From assembly GCA_030390025.1 (NCBI GenBank), contig CM059432.1, positions 139,750,001-139,814,000 of the forward strand: DNA of 64,000 bases. The letters are read 5' to 3'. The position numbers were made by a program, and so were the translations under genes. The notes under the pieces are model-generated. The model was given only the letters and a program-made list of their open reading frames with translations, was not told the DNA's origin and did no database searches. Below, in pieces: positions 44,371 to 57,830 of this stretch. The number at the start of each line of letters is the position of its first letter. Positions within the stretch are counted from its first letter, which is position 1. This DNA comes from Squalus acanthias (lineage: Eukaryota).

Positions 44371-44657
44371 TCCTAGAAGTAAAGGGAATTAAGGGTTACG
44401 GGGAGCGGGCAGGAATTTGGACATGAGTCTAGGTTCGGATCGGTCATGGCCCTGTGGGTAGCGTAGCGGGCCCAGGGGCCGTGTAGCCTGATCCTGCTCC
44501 TATCTCGTGTGTCCAATTCTGTTAGGTTCAGGAGATGGTTCTGTGATAGTAGATTGGCGGTTAGGATCAGATCAGCCATGATCTTATTGAATGGTGGAGC
44601 AGGCTCGAGGGGCCGATTGGCCTACTCCTGCTCCTATTTCTTATGTTCTTATGTTCT
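44371..44657 (+). mobile_element. CR1 3' end, same young family as 9963-12831
   Basis: ORF end GERAGIWT*, same doubled 3'UTR, TTCTTATG tail. Confidence 0.92.
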
Positions 44658-46159
44658 AAATACATTTTTACATAGCAGGTCTTTAAAATTACGAAGGGGT
44701 TCGATAGGGCAAACGTAGAGAAGATGTTTCCACTTGTGGGGGGAAACCAAAACTAAGGGTCATCATAAATATAAGACAGTCACGAATAAATCCAACAGAG
44801 AATTCAGGAGAAACTTCTTTACCCAGAGAGTGGGGAGAATGTGGAACTCACTACCACAGGGAGTGGTTGAGGCGAATAGTATAGATGCAGTTAAGGAGAA
44901 CCTAGATAAGTACATGACAAAAAAAGGAATAGAAGGATATGCTGATAACGTTAGGTGAAGACAGAGGAGACAGCAGCAATGTAACTAACTAGCAGTCTGA
45001 GCTGAATTTGAATCAACAGGTAATGTTCTAAATGCACGGTACCAGCTGTTTTGCTGTATTTTAAAACATTAGGAGCCAATTCAGGACTGGTTATCACAAA
45101 GGTGGGTGGTAGTATCATGCTTGACCCAGTATTGCTCCACCATTGGTGGCCGTGCCTTCAGCTGCCTAGGCCCCTAAGCTCTGGAATTCCCTCTCTAAAA
45201 CTCTCCGCCTCTCTCTCCTCCTTTAAGACGCTCCTTAAAACCTACCTCTTTGACCAAGCTTTTGGTCACCTGTCCTAATATCTCCTTATATGGCTCGGTG
45301 TCAAATTTTGTTTGATAATCGCTCCTGTGAAGCACATTGGAACGTTTTACTGCGTTAAGGGTGCTATATAAATGCAAGTTGTTGTTGTATAATCATATGA
45401 ACCAATGTTAAAGTCTCAACTGTGGCTCACAAGGCAGACGACGTCGGGGGTCGGGAAGAGCATGTGGGGGGTGCGGGGGAGGCTGACAATGCGATTGGAG
45501 ACCTGGGGAGGATGGGGGGCAGGGAAATTGGAGACCTGGGGGAGGGGTGGAATCAGAGGCCTTGTGGGGGGGGTCTCCGATCGCGGGGCTGGGTTAGGCA
45601 GGGACGCTGGATCCAGGAGGTAAGTGTTACCTGCTGGATCCAGCAGTCCTTGCCTTACTTTAGCTGGCGGGTTTCACGTCCTAAAGGAGAGAGACGGAGA
45701 GTTTAGGGAGGGAATTCCAGAGCTTAGGGCCTAGACAGCTGAAGGCATGGCCGCCAATGGTGGAGCGATGAAAATCGGGGATGCGCAAGAGGCCAGAATA
45801 CCTCAGCAATGAGTCATGCTGCAAAAGGGAAGGGAAGGGAAGGGAGGTCAGAAAATAAGGCAAGACAAAGAAAACAAAATACAATTATTGGTACAATTCT
45901 CAGTGTGCTTTACAGGCCAGTGGAGATGAAATGGCGGTGGAAATGTGCAGACAGTTGAGAGAGATATTCAAGAACAAAAAGGCAATATAATTGGACAATT
46001 TTATCTATTCCAAGATAGACTAGAGTAACAGCAATGCGTGGGTAAGTGGACATTTTAGAATCAGTATGCTTCTAGTCCAACAAGGAAAGAAGCCTTACTT
46101 GTTTTACTTCTGGGAAATGAAATAGGGCAAATAAGTGATGTGAGAGTAGGAGAACAATT

Positions 46160-46862
46160 GGGGAGTGGTGGGTCTGTCCTGCTGGTGGGACAGGATATAC
46201 CCTGGGATGGTGACGGAGTAGTCAGTCTCCTGCATCACCATTGAGGGCACAGCGGCATACAGTTTGGGAGAGGGGCGGCGGCAGTGGGACCTGGGAATCC
46301 TCAGCACTGACTCTGGACTCCATGAAGTCTCACAGCTTCAGGTCAAACATGGCAAGGAAACCTCCTGCTGATTACCACCCTCAGCTGATGTATCAGTACT
46401 CCTCCATGTTGAACACCACTTGGAGGAAGCACTGAGGGTAGCAAAGGCACAGAATGTACTCTGGGTGGAGAACTTCAATATCCTTCTCCAAGAGTGGCTC
46501 GGTAGTCCCACCACTGGCTGAGTCCTCAAGGACAATGCTGCCAGACCGAGCTTGCAGTGGGTTGTGAGACAACCAACACAAGGGAATAACCTACTTGACC
46601 TGGCCCTCACCAATCTGCCTGTTACAGATGTGTCTGCCCAGGATAGCATTGATAGGAGTGACCATCACATAGCCTTTGTAAAGAACAAATCTTGTCTTCA
46701 CAATCTCCATCGTGTTGTGTGGCACTACCGCCCTGCTAAGTGAGACAGATTAAGGACAGATCGAGCGGATCAACACTGGGCATCCTTGAGGCGTTGTGAG
46801 CCATCAGCAGCGGCAGAATCGTATACCACCACAATCTGTAACCTCATGGCCCGGCATATCCA
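46160..46862. mobile_element. Degenerate LINE endonuclease fragment with inverted 5' part
   Basis: Minus strand 46168-46240 reads TIPGYILSHQQDRPT; plus strand continues to VVRQPTQGNNLLDLALTN..SDH. Confidence 0.65.
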
Positions 46863-47790
46863 TTATAGAAAGGACACTAAAGCTATAGAGAGCGTACAGT
46901 GTAGAGTAGATTCACTAGGATGCTGCCAGGGAAGGGAAACTATGGTTATGAAGAGAGACTGGAGATGTGGGGATATTTTCACCAGAGCAGAGAAGGTGAA
47001 GATGAGATTTAAGAGAGGTTACGGTCATGGCCAACATTTATCCCTCAACAAACACCACTAAAAAAAAACCCAATATCTGGTCATTTATCTCACTGCTGTT
47101 TGTGGGACCTTGCTGTGTGCAAATTGGCTGCCCACATTACAACAGTGACTACATTTCAAAAGTATTTAACTGGCTATAAAGCACCTTGGGGCGTCCCGAG
47201 AATGCTGTATTTAAATGCAAGCTGGTGCTTTCTTTTAAAAATATTATGAAGAGATTTGTTAGATTGAATGAGGAAAGAGCATTTCCTCCAGTTGGGAAGT
47301 CAGTGACAGCAGGGTCATTAATTTAAAATTATTACTGAGAGTGAGGAGAGATGTTAGGAGAACTTGCTTTACGCAGAGGGCTGTTGGAGCATGAAATGAT
47401 TTGCCACAGGAAGTGGCTGAGGCAGAGACCACTGCAACTTTTAAGGGAAAATTGGACAAATACTTGAAGCGGAGGAAGATCGAAGCTACGGGGAGACAGC
47501 AGGGTATTTGGGTTGCCATAGCAAGGAGCCGGTGGGCAAAGTAGGCTGAATGGGCTCTCTCTCTGTGCTGTAAACTTGTTTGGTTCTATGTGACTGGGTT
47601 AACTGACTACCCTTCACTTTTTTGCAACCAGGGTTTAAGTCCAGCCCAAAGTGATCGGATTTCATAGACGTTAATGTGAGAAGAGCCTGCGAAATAGCTT
47701 CTTTTTATATAGCAGGTCATGACAACATCAGACGATGGTAACTTGTACGGTTTATGCTCACCTACAACACAAAAGACATCATTAGATCAT

Positions 47791-48543
47791 GGGCCCGGAT
47801 TTTGTGGTCAGCGGGAAACGAACGGAGCGCGCGCTGTTCATTACATTTACACTTGCCCAGACTTTCTGCGGGCTTTTACACGGCGATTCGCTGTAATTAG
47901 AGAGTCAAAACAGCACGGCGCCTTCTACAGTGGATCTGGGCCGTGTGTGAACAGGGGCAAGCAACTGCGGGTCTCCTTAACCAACCAATCCTTACTGAGA
48001 CATGCAGAGTCTAAACCAGGAAGCGCAAGTTAGAATATTTAATTCAATGCTAAATCATGTACAGAAAGCAAAGTAAAGAGAGGGAAAGAAAAATTAGATT
48101 AAGAGAGAGATAAAAGAGACAGAAAAAGTAAATTTAAAACATTTTTTTAAATCTCCACAACAATAATTAAAATCTGAAGGAATGAGACTCCACACTTGTA
48201 AAATAAAATTTTCAATGCCAGGTTGTTTGGCAGTAATTAAGACTTATCACGCCATTAAAAACTCCCTTACATTTGAATGGACAAGTCCTAACGTTGTCTG
48301 GCGTGTTTAGTGGGTATCTAGTGGGTAAATACAGCAACTTCACGCCCTTCCATTTATTTGAATGCTGAGTCTCTCGGCGAGATAATGAAGCTTCTGGAGT
48401 TGCAGGGCAACTCGGACAGCAACTTCCTGATTTTTCGTTTAACTGCGCATGTGCGGACGCCAGAAGTTGCTGTCCGGTTTACTCTTTTAATAACGGTGAG
48501 CGCCGATAGCCTCACCGTTATTTCTACCACAAAATCCGGGCCA
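47791..48543. mobile_element. About 750-bp MITE with TIRs (probably Harbinger-type)
   Basis: 17-bp perfect TIR GGCCCGGATTTTGTGGT; internal similarity to 4336-5065, 26192-27022 and 25711-25830; TSD not clean. Confidence 0.75.
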
Positions 48544-49997
48544 ATATCTCTGCATAGATAGCAAAGAGTCTATACAGATTCTACTATATTCGATCGATTA
48601 TGTTCTCAGATAGGTATTACTCTATCGGTAACAAATTTAGTCTAATTAAAGTATGATTGTCCTTGTAAATATATATCTCTTCTGAATTTTCAAAACCTGG
48701 TAAAAAGACAAAGCTAATTTATCCACAATGCACCTTATTTTGTTTTATTTAAAGAAAAGTAATTTCTTCCACTTGCCTAGGCTGAAATTTAGAAATGTCG
48801 AAAGAACCCGTTTAACAAATTGTGGAAGTATAACAATGATACTGTTTGACAGACACTAATTAGCACCCTGAACTTTAAAGACTGAGATACAGCATTAAAA
48901 ACAAAGACCCATAGGGTCAAGTTTAATTGCAAGTTGGTTTACAAAGACTACAACGTCCTGCTTCAGGCTCGATTATTTTAAACCAATTCTAAAACATTAT
49001 TAGACCTGTGACCCTTGAACGAGTAGAATATAATCTTTACTCTGCAAGTAGTCAATTCACTTTTTATTTTCTTGTAACAATTGAAAAACAAAAGCACTGG
49101 GAAATGTTGTTTACCTCGAGAAAGTTTCAGATTGGAGCCAGAACCAGCTGATGCCTGATTTGTGCAGTATTCGCCGAGTACCTTTATTAGAGCTAACTTT
49201 GACTTGTAAGATTTTTTTTTTTGCTAGGTTACATTTTCTTTCTGGAAAAGTAGGTTTTCATTTTTAAAGGGGGTAAAAAAAAAATATATATATATATATA
49301 TAGGTCTCGAGTTTGCAGTGGATCAGCTGGGAAATAGCACTGCCCTGAAGCCAGCAGTCAAGCCCAATTCCAGATGCAGACAGCTTGTGCCAAATCGTAA
49401 AGAATCACCACTCACACATGTTGAGGAGACTGCCACTTTACATTTTCATTTTCGCTGAGCATGTCACAGAAAATAATCTTAACCTAGCGAAGCACAGTTC
49501 TACTAAAATAAGACAAAGGTTTTCCGAACTGCCTGAATACATGGATTAAAAAAAAAGTGTTCAGCAAAATGTACTGTGGAGTCTACGATGATAAAGAAAT
49601 AAGCTCCCACTAAGTGGGGAAGGGTTTACATGTTATGAATAGTGAATGCATGCTGGGGACGTGTAATGACACAAAATAAGTCACTGACTGACAGGTATAA
49701 ATGTTAAAGTGGCCAAGCCATGGGCAGTTTATTTTTTATTTTTTTGCAAAGCACTGGTTACTGGCAAGCGAGCTGTAACAGCCACGCTGTGAGATTTACT
49801 TTGCATAAACTGCCAGACTCAATAAGTGCCTTTTTTTTTTAATGCTTTTATTGAAGTATGACAAAGAAATTACGTGTGTGTCACTTGAGTCTGTCAGAAG
49901 GCAAAATAATCTCAGTCTCAGTGTGGTGTTCAAGCAGCAATGTTACAGAGAAGGTAAATCAAGAACACTATTTCAGGTTAAGAAAAGGAAGAGCGGG

Positions 49998-51017
49998 CTT
50001 GCATTTATATAGCGCCTTTCATGAGCCCCAGGACGTCCCAAAGCGCTTAAGTGCCGTGGGACGTTTTACTACATTAAAGGCGCTATATAAATGCAAGTTA
50101 TTGTTGTTGTTTGCAGCCAATGCAATACTTCTGAAGTGGAGTCACTGTTGTAATGCAGGAAACGTGGGAGCCAATTTGCGCACAGCAAGCTCCCACAAAC
50201 AGCAAGATGAAAATGGTCAGTTTAATCTGTTTAATGACATTGGTTGAGGGATAAATATTGGCCAGGGCGCCGGGGGAGAACTTCTTCAAATAGCGGCGAG
50301 AGATTTTTTTTTACACCCACCCGAGAGGGCAGACGGGGGCCACGGTTTAAGGTCTCATCCGAAAGTGTGGTGCTCCCTCAGTACTGCACTGGGAGTGTCA
50401 GCCTAGATTTTACATAAGAACATAAGAACATAAGAAATAGGAGCAGGAGTAGGCCAATCGGCCCCTCGAGCCTGCTCCGCCACTCAACAAGATCATGGCC
50501 GATCCGATCCTAACCGCCAATCTACTATCACAGAACCATCTCCTGAACCTAACAGAATTGGACACACGAAATAGGAGCAGGATCAGGCTACACGGCCCCT
50601 GGGCCCGCTACGCTACCCACAGGGCCATGACTGATCCGAACCTAGACTCATGTCCAAATTCCTGCCCGCTTCCCGTAACCCTTAATTCCCTTTACTTCTA
50701 GGAAACTGTCTATTTCTGTTTTAAATTTATGTAATGATGTAGCTTCTACAGCTTTTTGGGGCAGCATATTCCATGGACCTACCACCCTCTGAGTGAAGTA
50801 GTTCCTTCTCATCTCAGTTTTGAAAGAGCAGCCCCTTATTCTAAGACTATGCCCCCTAGTTCTAGTTTCACCCATCATCGGGAACATCCTCCCCACATCC
50901 ACCCGATCCAACCCCTTCACAATCTTATATGTTTCAATAAGATCGCCTCTCATTCTTTTGCCTCTGGAGTGGGGCTCGAACCCACGACCTTCTGTCTCAG
51001 AGGCGGATACCATGACA
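49998..51017 (-). mobile_element. Deu-like SINE interrupted by CR1 (50412-50957)
   Basis: Body 49998-50411; head with B box GGTTCGAGCCC at about 50972-50982. Confidence 0.8.
50412..50957 (-). mobile_element. CR1 3' end, same young family, inserted into a Deu-type SINE
   Basis: Near-identical to 9970-10512; SINE body on its left and SINE tRNA head on its right. Confidence 0.92.
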
Positions 51018-52656
51018 AGAGGGCAGGGAGACACAGGTTCAAAGAGGTGAACGACAAATTATGGTCATGTCGTGTCAGCAGCCTCTTCACACAGTATCCA
51101 GGTAGGATAGTGGGTGCAAAGGCCTGGGAATCATTTAAGCAACAGCTGGATGTAGTGATTGGGGTTGTTGGCGGCGGAGGGGAGAACTACAGGTCTTTTT
51201 CTGGATGGATGGCCTTAACTGGGCTGAATGGCCTTCCTCAGCTATCTATCTGGTGATCTTGGTCTTGAGGTAATGGATACAGGTGGTTGGGATTTATTTT
51301 GAAGATAGATTGTGGCTGCTGGGGGTGGGGTTTGTTTACCTCCTCCTATAACATACATTAATTAGTCTATATTTGGCTCCACCCAAATTGATACTCCCAT
51401 TAAATGACCTGAAGTTGAAAACCCATCAAACCAATTTTGCTTCCGACACCAGGTGTTTTGAGATGTTAACAGGAGTAAACCCATCACCCCTGTGCTCGCT
51501 GACCTACGTTGGTCCGGCAACGCCTCAATTTTAAAATTGTCATCCTCGTTTTCAAATCCCTCCATGGCCTCGGCCCCGCCCTGTCTGTGTAACCTCCCCC
51601 AGCACCTGCGAACCCTCCGAGACCTTTTTGCACAATTCTGGCCTCTTGCGCATCCTCGATTTCCATCGCTCCCATCATTGGCGGCCGTGCCTTCAGCTGC
51701 CGGGGCCCCAAGCTCTGGAATTCCCTCCCTAAACCTCTCCGCCTCTCCCTCTTCCTTTAAAATGCTCCTTAAAACCGACCTCTTTGACCTGTCCTAATAT
51801 CTCCTTACGTGGCTAGGTGTCAAATTTTGTTTGCTAATGCTCCTGTGAAGCGCCTTGGCACGTTTTACTACATTAAAGGCGCTATTTAAATGCAAGATGA
51901 TGTCGTAAACAGCTGAACTCAGCTTTTTAGGGCGAAGTGAAGCAGCCTCAGTTTCCATTTTTTTTTGTTCAGTTCAACCTAAGTTGACCTCGCCTGATTG
52001 AACTCAGAGCAGATGTGAACGATGGAAATCTCTGTGCCAAAGACAACAGCGCAAGGGGATAGCTGGACTCAGCTCTAACTTCATCATCAGCTTTAGATTC
52101 CTTGACAAAAACTGAAATTGTGCCTTTTTAAAAAAAAACAAGAAATGTAGTTGATTGAAGCCTAGTTTTGACTTGAGATTAGTTTAGATGTATCTGTTTC
52201 AGCTCAGCATTGTACCATACTTAACGCCATCCCCTATGTAGCCCTTTCCTTGAACTTAATAGTGGGAGTTAGGTCTTTTCTGCCCTCTGATTCTAGATTT
52301 TTCAATTCCATATTTTAGATTCCGTCTTTCGGATGAGACGCTAAACTGAAGCCCCGTCTGCTCTTTCGGGTCGACGTAAAAGATCCCACGGCACTTCAAA
52401 GAAGTGCAGGGGAGTTATCCCCGGTGCCTTGGCCAAATTAGGCCAGCGATGACCGAAAAATTGACACAACATTTGCATTGATTTAGGCTGGGACCGGCTT
52501 CTGCAAATGCAGCTGTTTTTTTCTTACCTCTTATGTGGCGTCGCTGAATTAAAAAGGAGCCACGACCAGGATAACACCCGTTTAGAAATGCTTCAGTTTT
52601 GTCATTATAAAACATATGGTTAAAAAAGTCCCAAAACAACAACTTGTATTTATATA

Positions 52657-52805
52657 TAACGTTCCCGCTAAGTGGTCTGGAGGTCCCGCGCAGGCCGCTC
52701 ACCGGCTTTTAAGATGGAAGAAGCCACATATACGCGAAAATTTGAATGGGCCACGCAGCAACTTAAAGGGACCGCACACGGAAAAAAAATTTAGAGGGAA
52801 CATTG
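52657..52805. mobile_element. hAT-type MITE, 149 bp, inserted in an L2 tail
   Basis: TIR TAACGTTCCCGCTAA vs rc CAATGTTCCCTCTAA (12/15); 8-bp flanks TTTATATA/TTTCTACA; removal restores the L2 tail TTGTATTTATATAGCGCCTT. Confidence 0.7.
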
Positions 52806-52989
52806 TTTCTACAGCGCCTTTAGCATTGTAAAACGTCCCAAGGCGCTTCACAGGAGCGATTATCAAACAGAATTTGAGACCGAGCCACAGAAGGAGATAT
52901 TAGGGCAGATGTAGGTTTTAAGGAGCATCTTAAAGCAGGAGCGAGAGGTAGAGAGGCAGAGGGGTTTAGGGAGGGAATTTTTTTAAAAA

Positions 52990-53675
52990 ATTCGTTCATG
53001 GGATGTGGGCATCGCTGGCAAGGCCAGCATTTATTGCCCATCCCTAGTTGCCCCTTGAGAAGGTGGTGGTTAGCCGCCTTCTTGAACCGCTGCAGTCCGT
53101 GTGGTGATGGTACTCCCACACAGTGCTGTTAGGGAGGGAGTTCCAGGATTTTGACCCAGTGACGATGAAGGATCGGCGATATACTTCCAAGTCAGGATGG
53201 TGTGTGACTTGGAGGGAAACTTGGAGGTGGTGGTGTTCCCATGCGCCTGCTGCCCTTGTCCTTCTAGGTGGAAGAGGTCGCGGGTTTGGGAGGTGCTGCC
53301 GAAGAAGCCTTGGCGAGTTGCTGCAGGGCATCTTGTAGATGGTACACACTGCAGCCACGGTACGCCGGTGGTGGAGGGAGTGAATGTTTAAGGTGGTGGA
53401 TGGGGTGCCAATCAAGTGGGCTGCTTTGTCCTGGATGGTGTCGAGCTTCTTGAGTGCTGTTGGAGCTGCACTCATCCAGCAAGTGGAGAGTATTCCATCA
53501 CACTCCTTACTCATGCCTTGTAGATGGTGGAAAGGCTTTGGGGAGTCAGGAGGTGAGACACTCGCCGCAGAATACCCAGCCTCTAACCTACTCTTGTAGC
53601 CACAGTATTTATGTGGCTGGTCCAGTTAAGTTTCTGGTTAATGGTGACCCCCAGGATGTTGATAGTGGGGGATTC
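52990..53675 (-). mobile_element. Second LINE family 3' fragment, nested in an L2 3' end
   Basis: Reverse complement of 59763-60405 family. L2 sequence GGGAGGGAATT stops at about 52979 and resumes as GAGAGCTTAGGG at about 53676. Confidence 0.85.
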
Positions 53676-53925
53676 GAGAGCTTAGGGCATAGGCAGCTGA
53701 AGGCAGGGCCGCCAATGGTTTATTTCCCACCATTTAGACGGTTCCAGCTATGTACAGTCCAAAACCACACTCGATTCAACTTGTGTGCATCTCAATCTTT
53801 GCCATGATATGTTTGGCTACAAACAGCGACAGCGCTTCAGAAAAAAATAAAGGAAATAATTCATATTGAAAGTGCCCTTTCGCCAATTAGATGCTGTGAA
53901 AAAAATCATTCAAAAAAAATCTTAC

Positions 53926-54014
53926 CTATTCATAGTCTTAATCTGCTCTTCTCCTCAAGTCAGCCAAGGAACCACTTCACTGATATCAGCAAGAGATGAC
54001 TGGAATCATGGTTG
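53926..54014 (-). other. zhx2: Predicted 89-bp non-coding 5'UTR exon of zhx2
   Basis: Minus strand CCTTTCTCTTAG|CAACC...GAATAG|GTAAGA: strong acceptor and donor in non-repetitive DNA upstream of the coding exon. ZHX2 genes are known to have short 5'UTR exons. Confidence 0.55.
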
Positions 54015-55907
54015 CTAAGAGAAAGGATCCCAATTAATTTGATGGGGTTTGGGGGCAACTTACATAGAAGATGCAACTTTATATACATGAATTCAAAATT
54101 AATTTCTGAAATGCATTTCTATTCTTGTAACACATCGTATTCAAATGGGACAGTGTATACATGACTGAACTGAGGATTACTGTATAATTCTAAAAGTTAC
54201 AAAAATGAGATATAGATTCACATACTGCTGTCTTCTAAGTCACTCCATTCCCCCCCTGTTTCCAGCTTTACAACTGCTGGTTAGAGGCAGACATTTTGTA
54301 GAGAACTTTGCTTGACGTAAAGTACTCTTCCTATGACATCATGAATAAGAACAATTGCACGCGTGCATTACTTCACATTGATGCTGTCACTGGAGCAGAA
54401 CTTTGCACAGGGAAACGTTCTACTCAGAAGTCTGCTCAGAAGAACATCAGAAATAGGAGCAGGAGGAGGCCATACCGTCCCTCAAGCCTGCTCCGCCATT
54501 CAATAAGGTCATGGCTGATCTTCTACCTCAACTCCACTTTCCCGCTCTATTCCCATATCCCTTGATTCCCTTAGTGTCCAAAAATCTATCGATCTCTGAC
54601 TTGAATATACTCACCGACTTGAGCATGCACAGCCCTCTGGGGTAGAGAATTCCAAAGATTCCTAACCTTGCCCTTTAGAGGAACTCATTGATAGAAGCTG
54701 CTGATGCATCATTGCTGTGGTGTTATGGAATTGAAAGCCCTTAGACTTGCTTAGCCCATTGGGAGCCTAACAAAACTTTGCCGTACTGTAAATGCAGTGC
54801 GTCCAAGACCTAGTGAGCTCCCTTTACCATAGAACCATACAGCGCAGAAGGAGGCCATTCGGCCCATCGTGCCTGTGCTGTCTTCTTGACAGAGCTCTCC
54901 AATTAGCACAACCCACCCCCCCTGCTCTTTCCCCATAGCCCTGTAAATTTTTCCTTTTTAATCAATTCCCTTTTGAAAGTTACTATTAAGTCTGCCTCCA
55001 CCACCCTTTCTGACAGTGCATTCCCGATCACAACAACTCGCTGCGTAAATTAAAAAAAAAATCTCATCTCCCCCCCCCCCCCCGGCTTTTTTGCCAATTA
55101 TTTTAAATCTTTGTCCTCTAGTTACCGAGCCTCCTGCCAGTGGAAACAGCTTATCCAGCCCCCAAAGCCCTGGTCTGGTTGTAGGACTGTGCCAATTCGT
55201 TCAATGTATTCAATGAAAAAAATAATCAAAACGCCACTATTGGAAAGATGGCACTACTTCCTGGTTATATGTACAGTTAGCACCTTAAATAGGATCGTCT
55301 TAGGACATCAAATGAGCTCGAAGGTTCTTTATGTTGCAATTACCAGTCATTGTGGATGCAAATTTGTATAATAAACTAAAGGCTAAGAATCCATTTCAGT
55401 GTTTTGGTTTCTGTTTGAGGCCAAATGTCAAAATGTTCTGTGGAAGACAACTACTGTATATAAGTGTTCCATGCCCACAACTGACTCGCTAAGATCACCA
55501 TATGGCACATTGTTTCAGTCAAGAGAAAATTAATTCATTAATCAGTGTCAATTAAATAGCACAGCCGTGAAGGCTGTATACAAGATTAATTGTCATGTTT
55601 CCATACTGTGACCATCGAAGGAGGATATGTTGCAAGGTACCAAAAAGACTATGTAGAAATACACAAGATTTAAGAATGATTTCATGGCTAAATTAGTATA
55701 TTTCATGAAAAATTATCTTCACAGCAAAGAAATGCAAAAACTGTATTGCCATTTCCCTCTGATTATTCCTGGTAACCCACAATTGGCAGCGTGCTGCATG
55801 GTGCCAACACGTCTTAAAACACGAGATTGAAACCGAAGATCTTTAATGCCATCTCAATCAGAAATGTGTTACTTCCTGAGAACATATCCCAGAGTGCTGG
55901 CTTGTAT

Positions 55908-56403
55908 AACATAAGAATGTAAAAAATAGGAGCAGGAGTAGGCCATACGACCCCTCCAGCCTGCTCCACCATTCAATAAGATCATGGCTGATCTTCGACC
56001 TTAACTCCACTTTCCCGCCCTATCCCCATATCCCTTGGTTCCCTTAGAATCAAAAATCTATCAATCTGTCTTGAATATACTCATTGACTGAGCATCCATA
56101 GCCCTCTGGGATAGAGAATTCCAAAGATTCACGACACTTTGAGTGAAGAAATTTCTCCTCATCTCAGTCCTAAATGGCTGACCCCTTATCCTGAGATGAT
56201 ACCGCCTAGTTCTAGACGCCCCAGCCAGGGAAAACAGCCTCTCGGCATCTACCCTGTCAATCCCTCTCAGAATCTTATATGTTTCAATGAGATCACCTCT
56301 CATTCTTCTAAACTCCAGAGAGTATAGGCCCATTCTACTCAACAGAATGGGCCTATACTCTCTGGAGTTTAAAGAATGAGAGGAGATCTCATAAAAACAT
56401 ATA
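55908..56403 (-). mobile_element. CR1 3' fragment with fold-back inversion at its 5' truncation point
   Basis: CR1 ORF end; 56344-56403 is an inverted copy of 56276-56336. Confidence 0.88.
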
Positions 56404-57369
56404 GAAGCATAGCAATTTCCAACTATATTCCTTTTTTATTGCTGCCAGGGTTTTCATAACAGGTAGCAACGGGCTGCAAGTTGACACAACCCAAGTCAGC
56501 TATTTGAAAAGCAGCGAGCAATTTGAAAAGCAGTGGTATTGTACCATCTGATTGGCTTAGCTGGGATACTTGGATTCTATGGACTGATACACGGGGATAT
56601 CATAGGTTCGTGTAACCTATAACATTATGCCCATTACTTCGATCAGTCAGGTTCCAGAATCGGAGATCAATGTTCCTTCAGTCACCTGATCATAACTTGC
56701 TGAGCAACGTCCACCAGTAGATCGGCTTTTCTGCTGAAGGGTTTTCTCTGAGCGGAGCGCTGAATGTCTTTCCACTCGTGCTTCATATAGTTATATATAA
56801 AGAACACACTCAGCCCTCTCTATTGCCATCCTCAAGTATGATTCCACTGACATAAAAGAGACCGTATAAAATGTTCCCATTACTCTTGTCTTTACCTGCG
56901 CCCCCCACCCACCCCAACCAATGCAGTTCTGCTTTTGCTTCACGACAGTTACCATTATTTACACTACTGCTAAATGGAACAGAGAATGCAGCTGCGAAAT
57001 GCCAGTATTGGTGGTGACAATCTATTGGGAGATAAACTAATGAAGCAACATGTATTTGTTCTTTAGATTCAGGGTCTGTCTCGAATTAGCTGAATTTAGC
57101 CAGGGGAACAAATGCAACACTACAATTAGCCTCAAATGCCCCTCGGGCAAGGAAAGGGGGAAGAGTCAGAACTAGCCGGGGTTCTTAATCCTGATCGCTT
57201 TTGCTGGATGTTAGACAATGTGAGTAGCAGTACTGCAAGCAAAAACAACAACGACGCATTTATATAGTGCCTTCAACGTGTCTTCTAATACTCCAGTGAA
57301 GCGCCTTGGGACGTTTTACTACGTTAAAGGTGCTATATAAATACAAGTTGTTGTTGTTGTTGTTGTTGT

Positions 57370-57830
57370 AGTAAAACGTCCCAAAGCGCTTTGCAAGAGC
57401 GATTATCAAACAAAATTTGACACCGAGCCACATAAGGAGATATTAGGGACAGGTGACCAAAAGCTTGGTCAAAGAGGAGGGTTTTAAAGAGCATCTTAAA
57501 GCTTGAGAGGTAGAGAGGCGGAGAGGTTTAGGGAGGGAATTCCAGAGCTTAGGACCTCAGCAGCTAAAGGCACGGCCGTCAATGGTGGAGCGATTAAAAT
57601 CGGGGATGGACAAGAGGCCAGAGTTGGAGGAGCGCAGAGATCTCGGAGGGTTGTAGGGCTGGAGGAGGTTCCAGAGCTGGGGAGGGGGCGAGGCCGCGGA
57701 AGGATTTGAAAACAAGGATGAGAATTTTAAAACTGAGGTGTTGCCGGGCCGGGAGCCAACGTAGGTCAGCGAGCACAGGGGCGATGGATGGGTAAACGGG
57801 ACTTAGTGCGAGTCAGGAAACGGGCAGCAG
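57370..57830 (-). mobile_element. L2-type LINE 3' fragment; homologues at 7801-8070 (+), 45135-45390 (+), 45685-45800 (-), 51480-51905 (+), 52820-52979 (-)
   Basis: The family encodes (T)IGGRAFSCLGPKLWNSLP-like ORF2 ends and terminates GCTATATAAATGCAAG(TTG)n. Confidence 0.8.
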
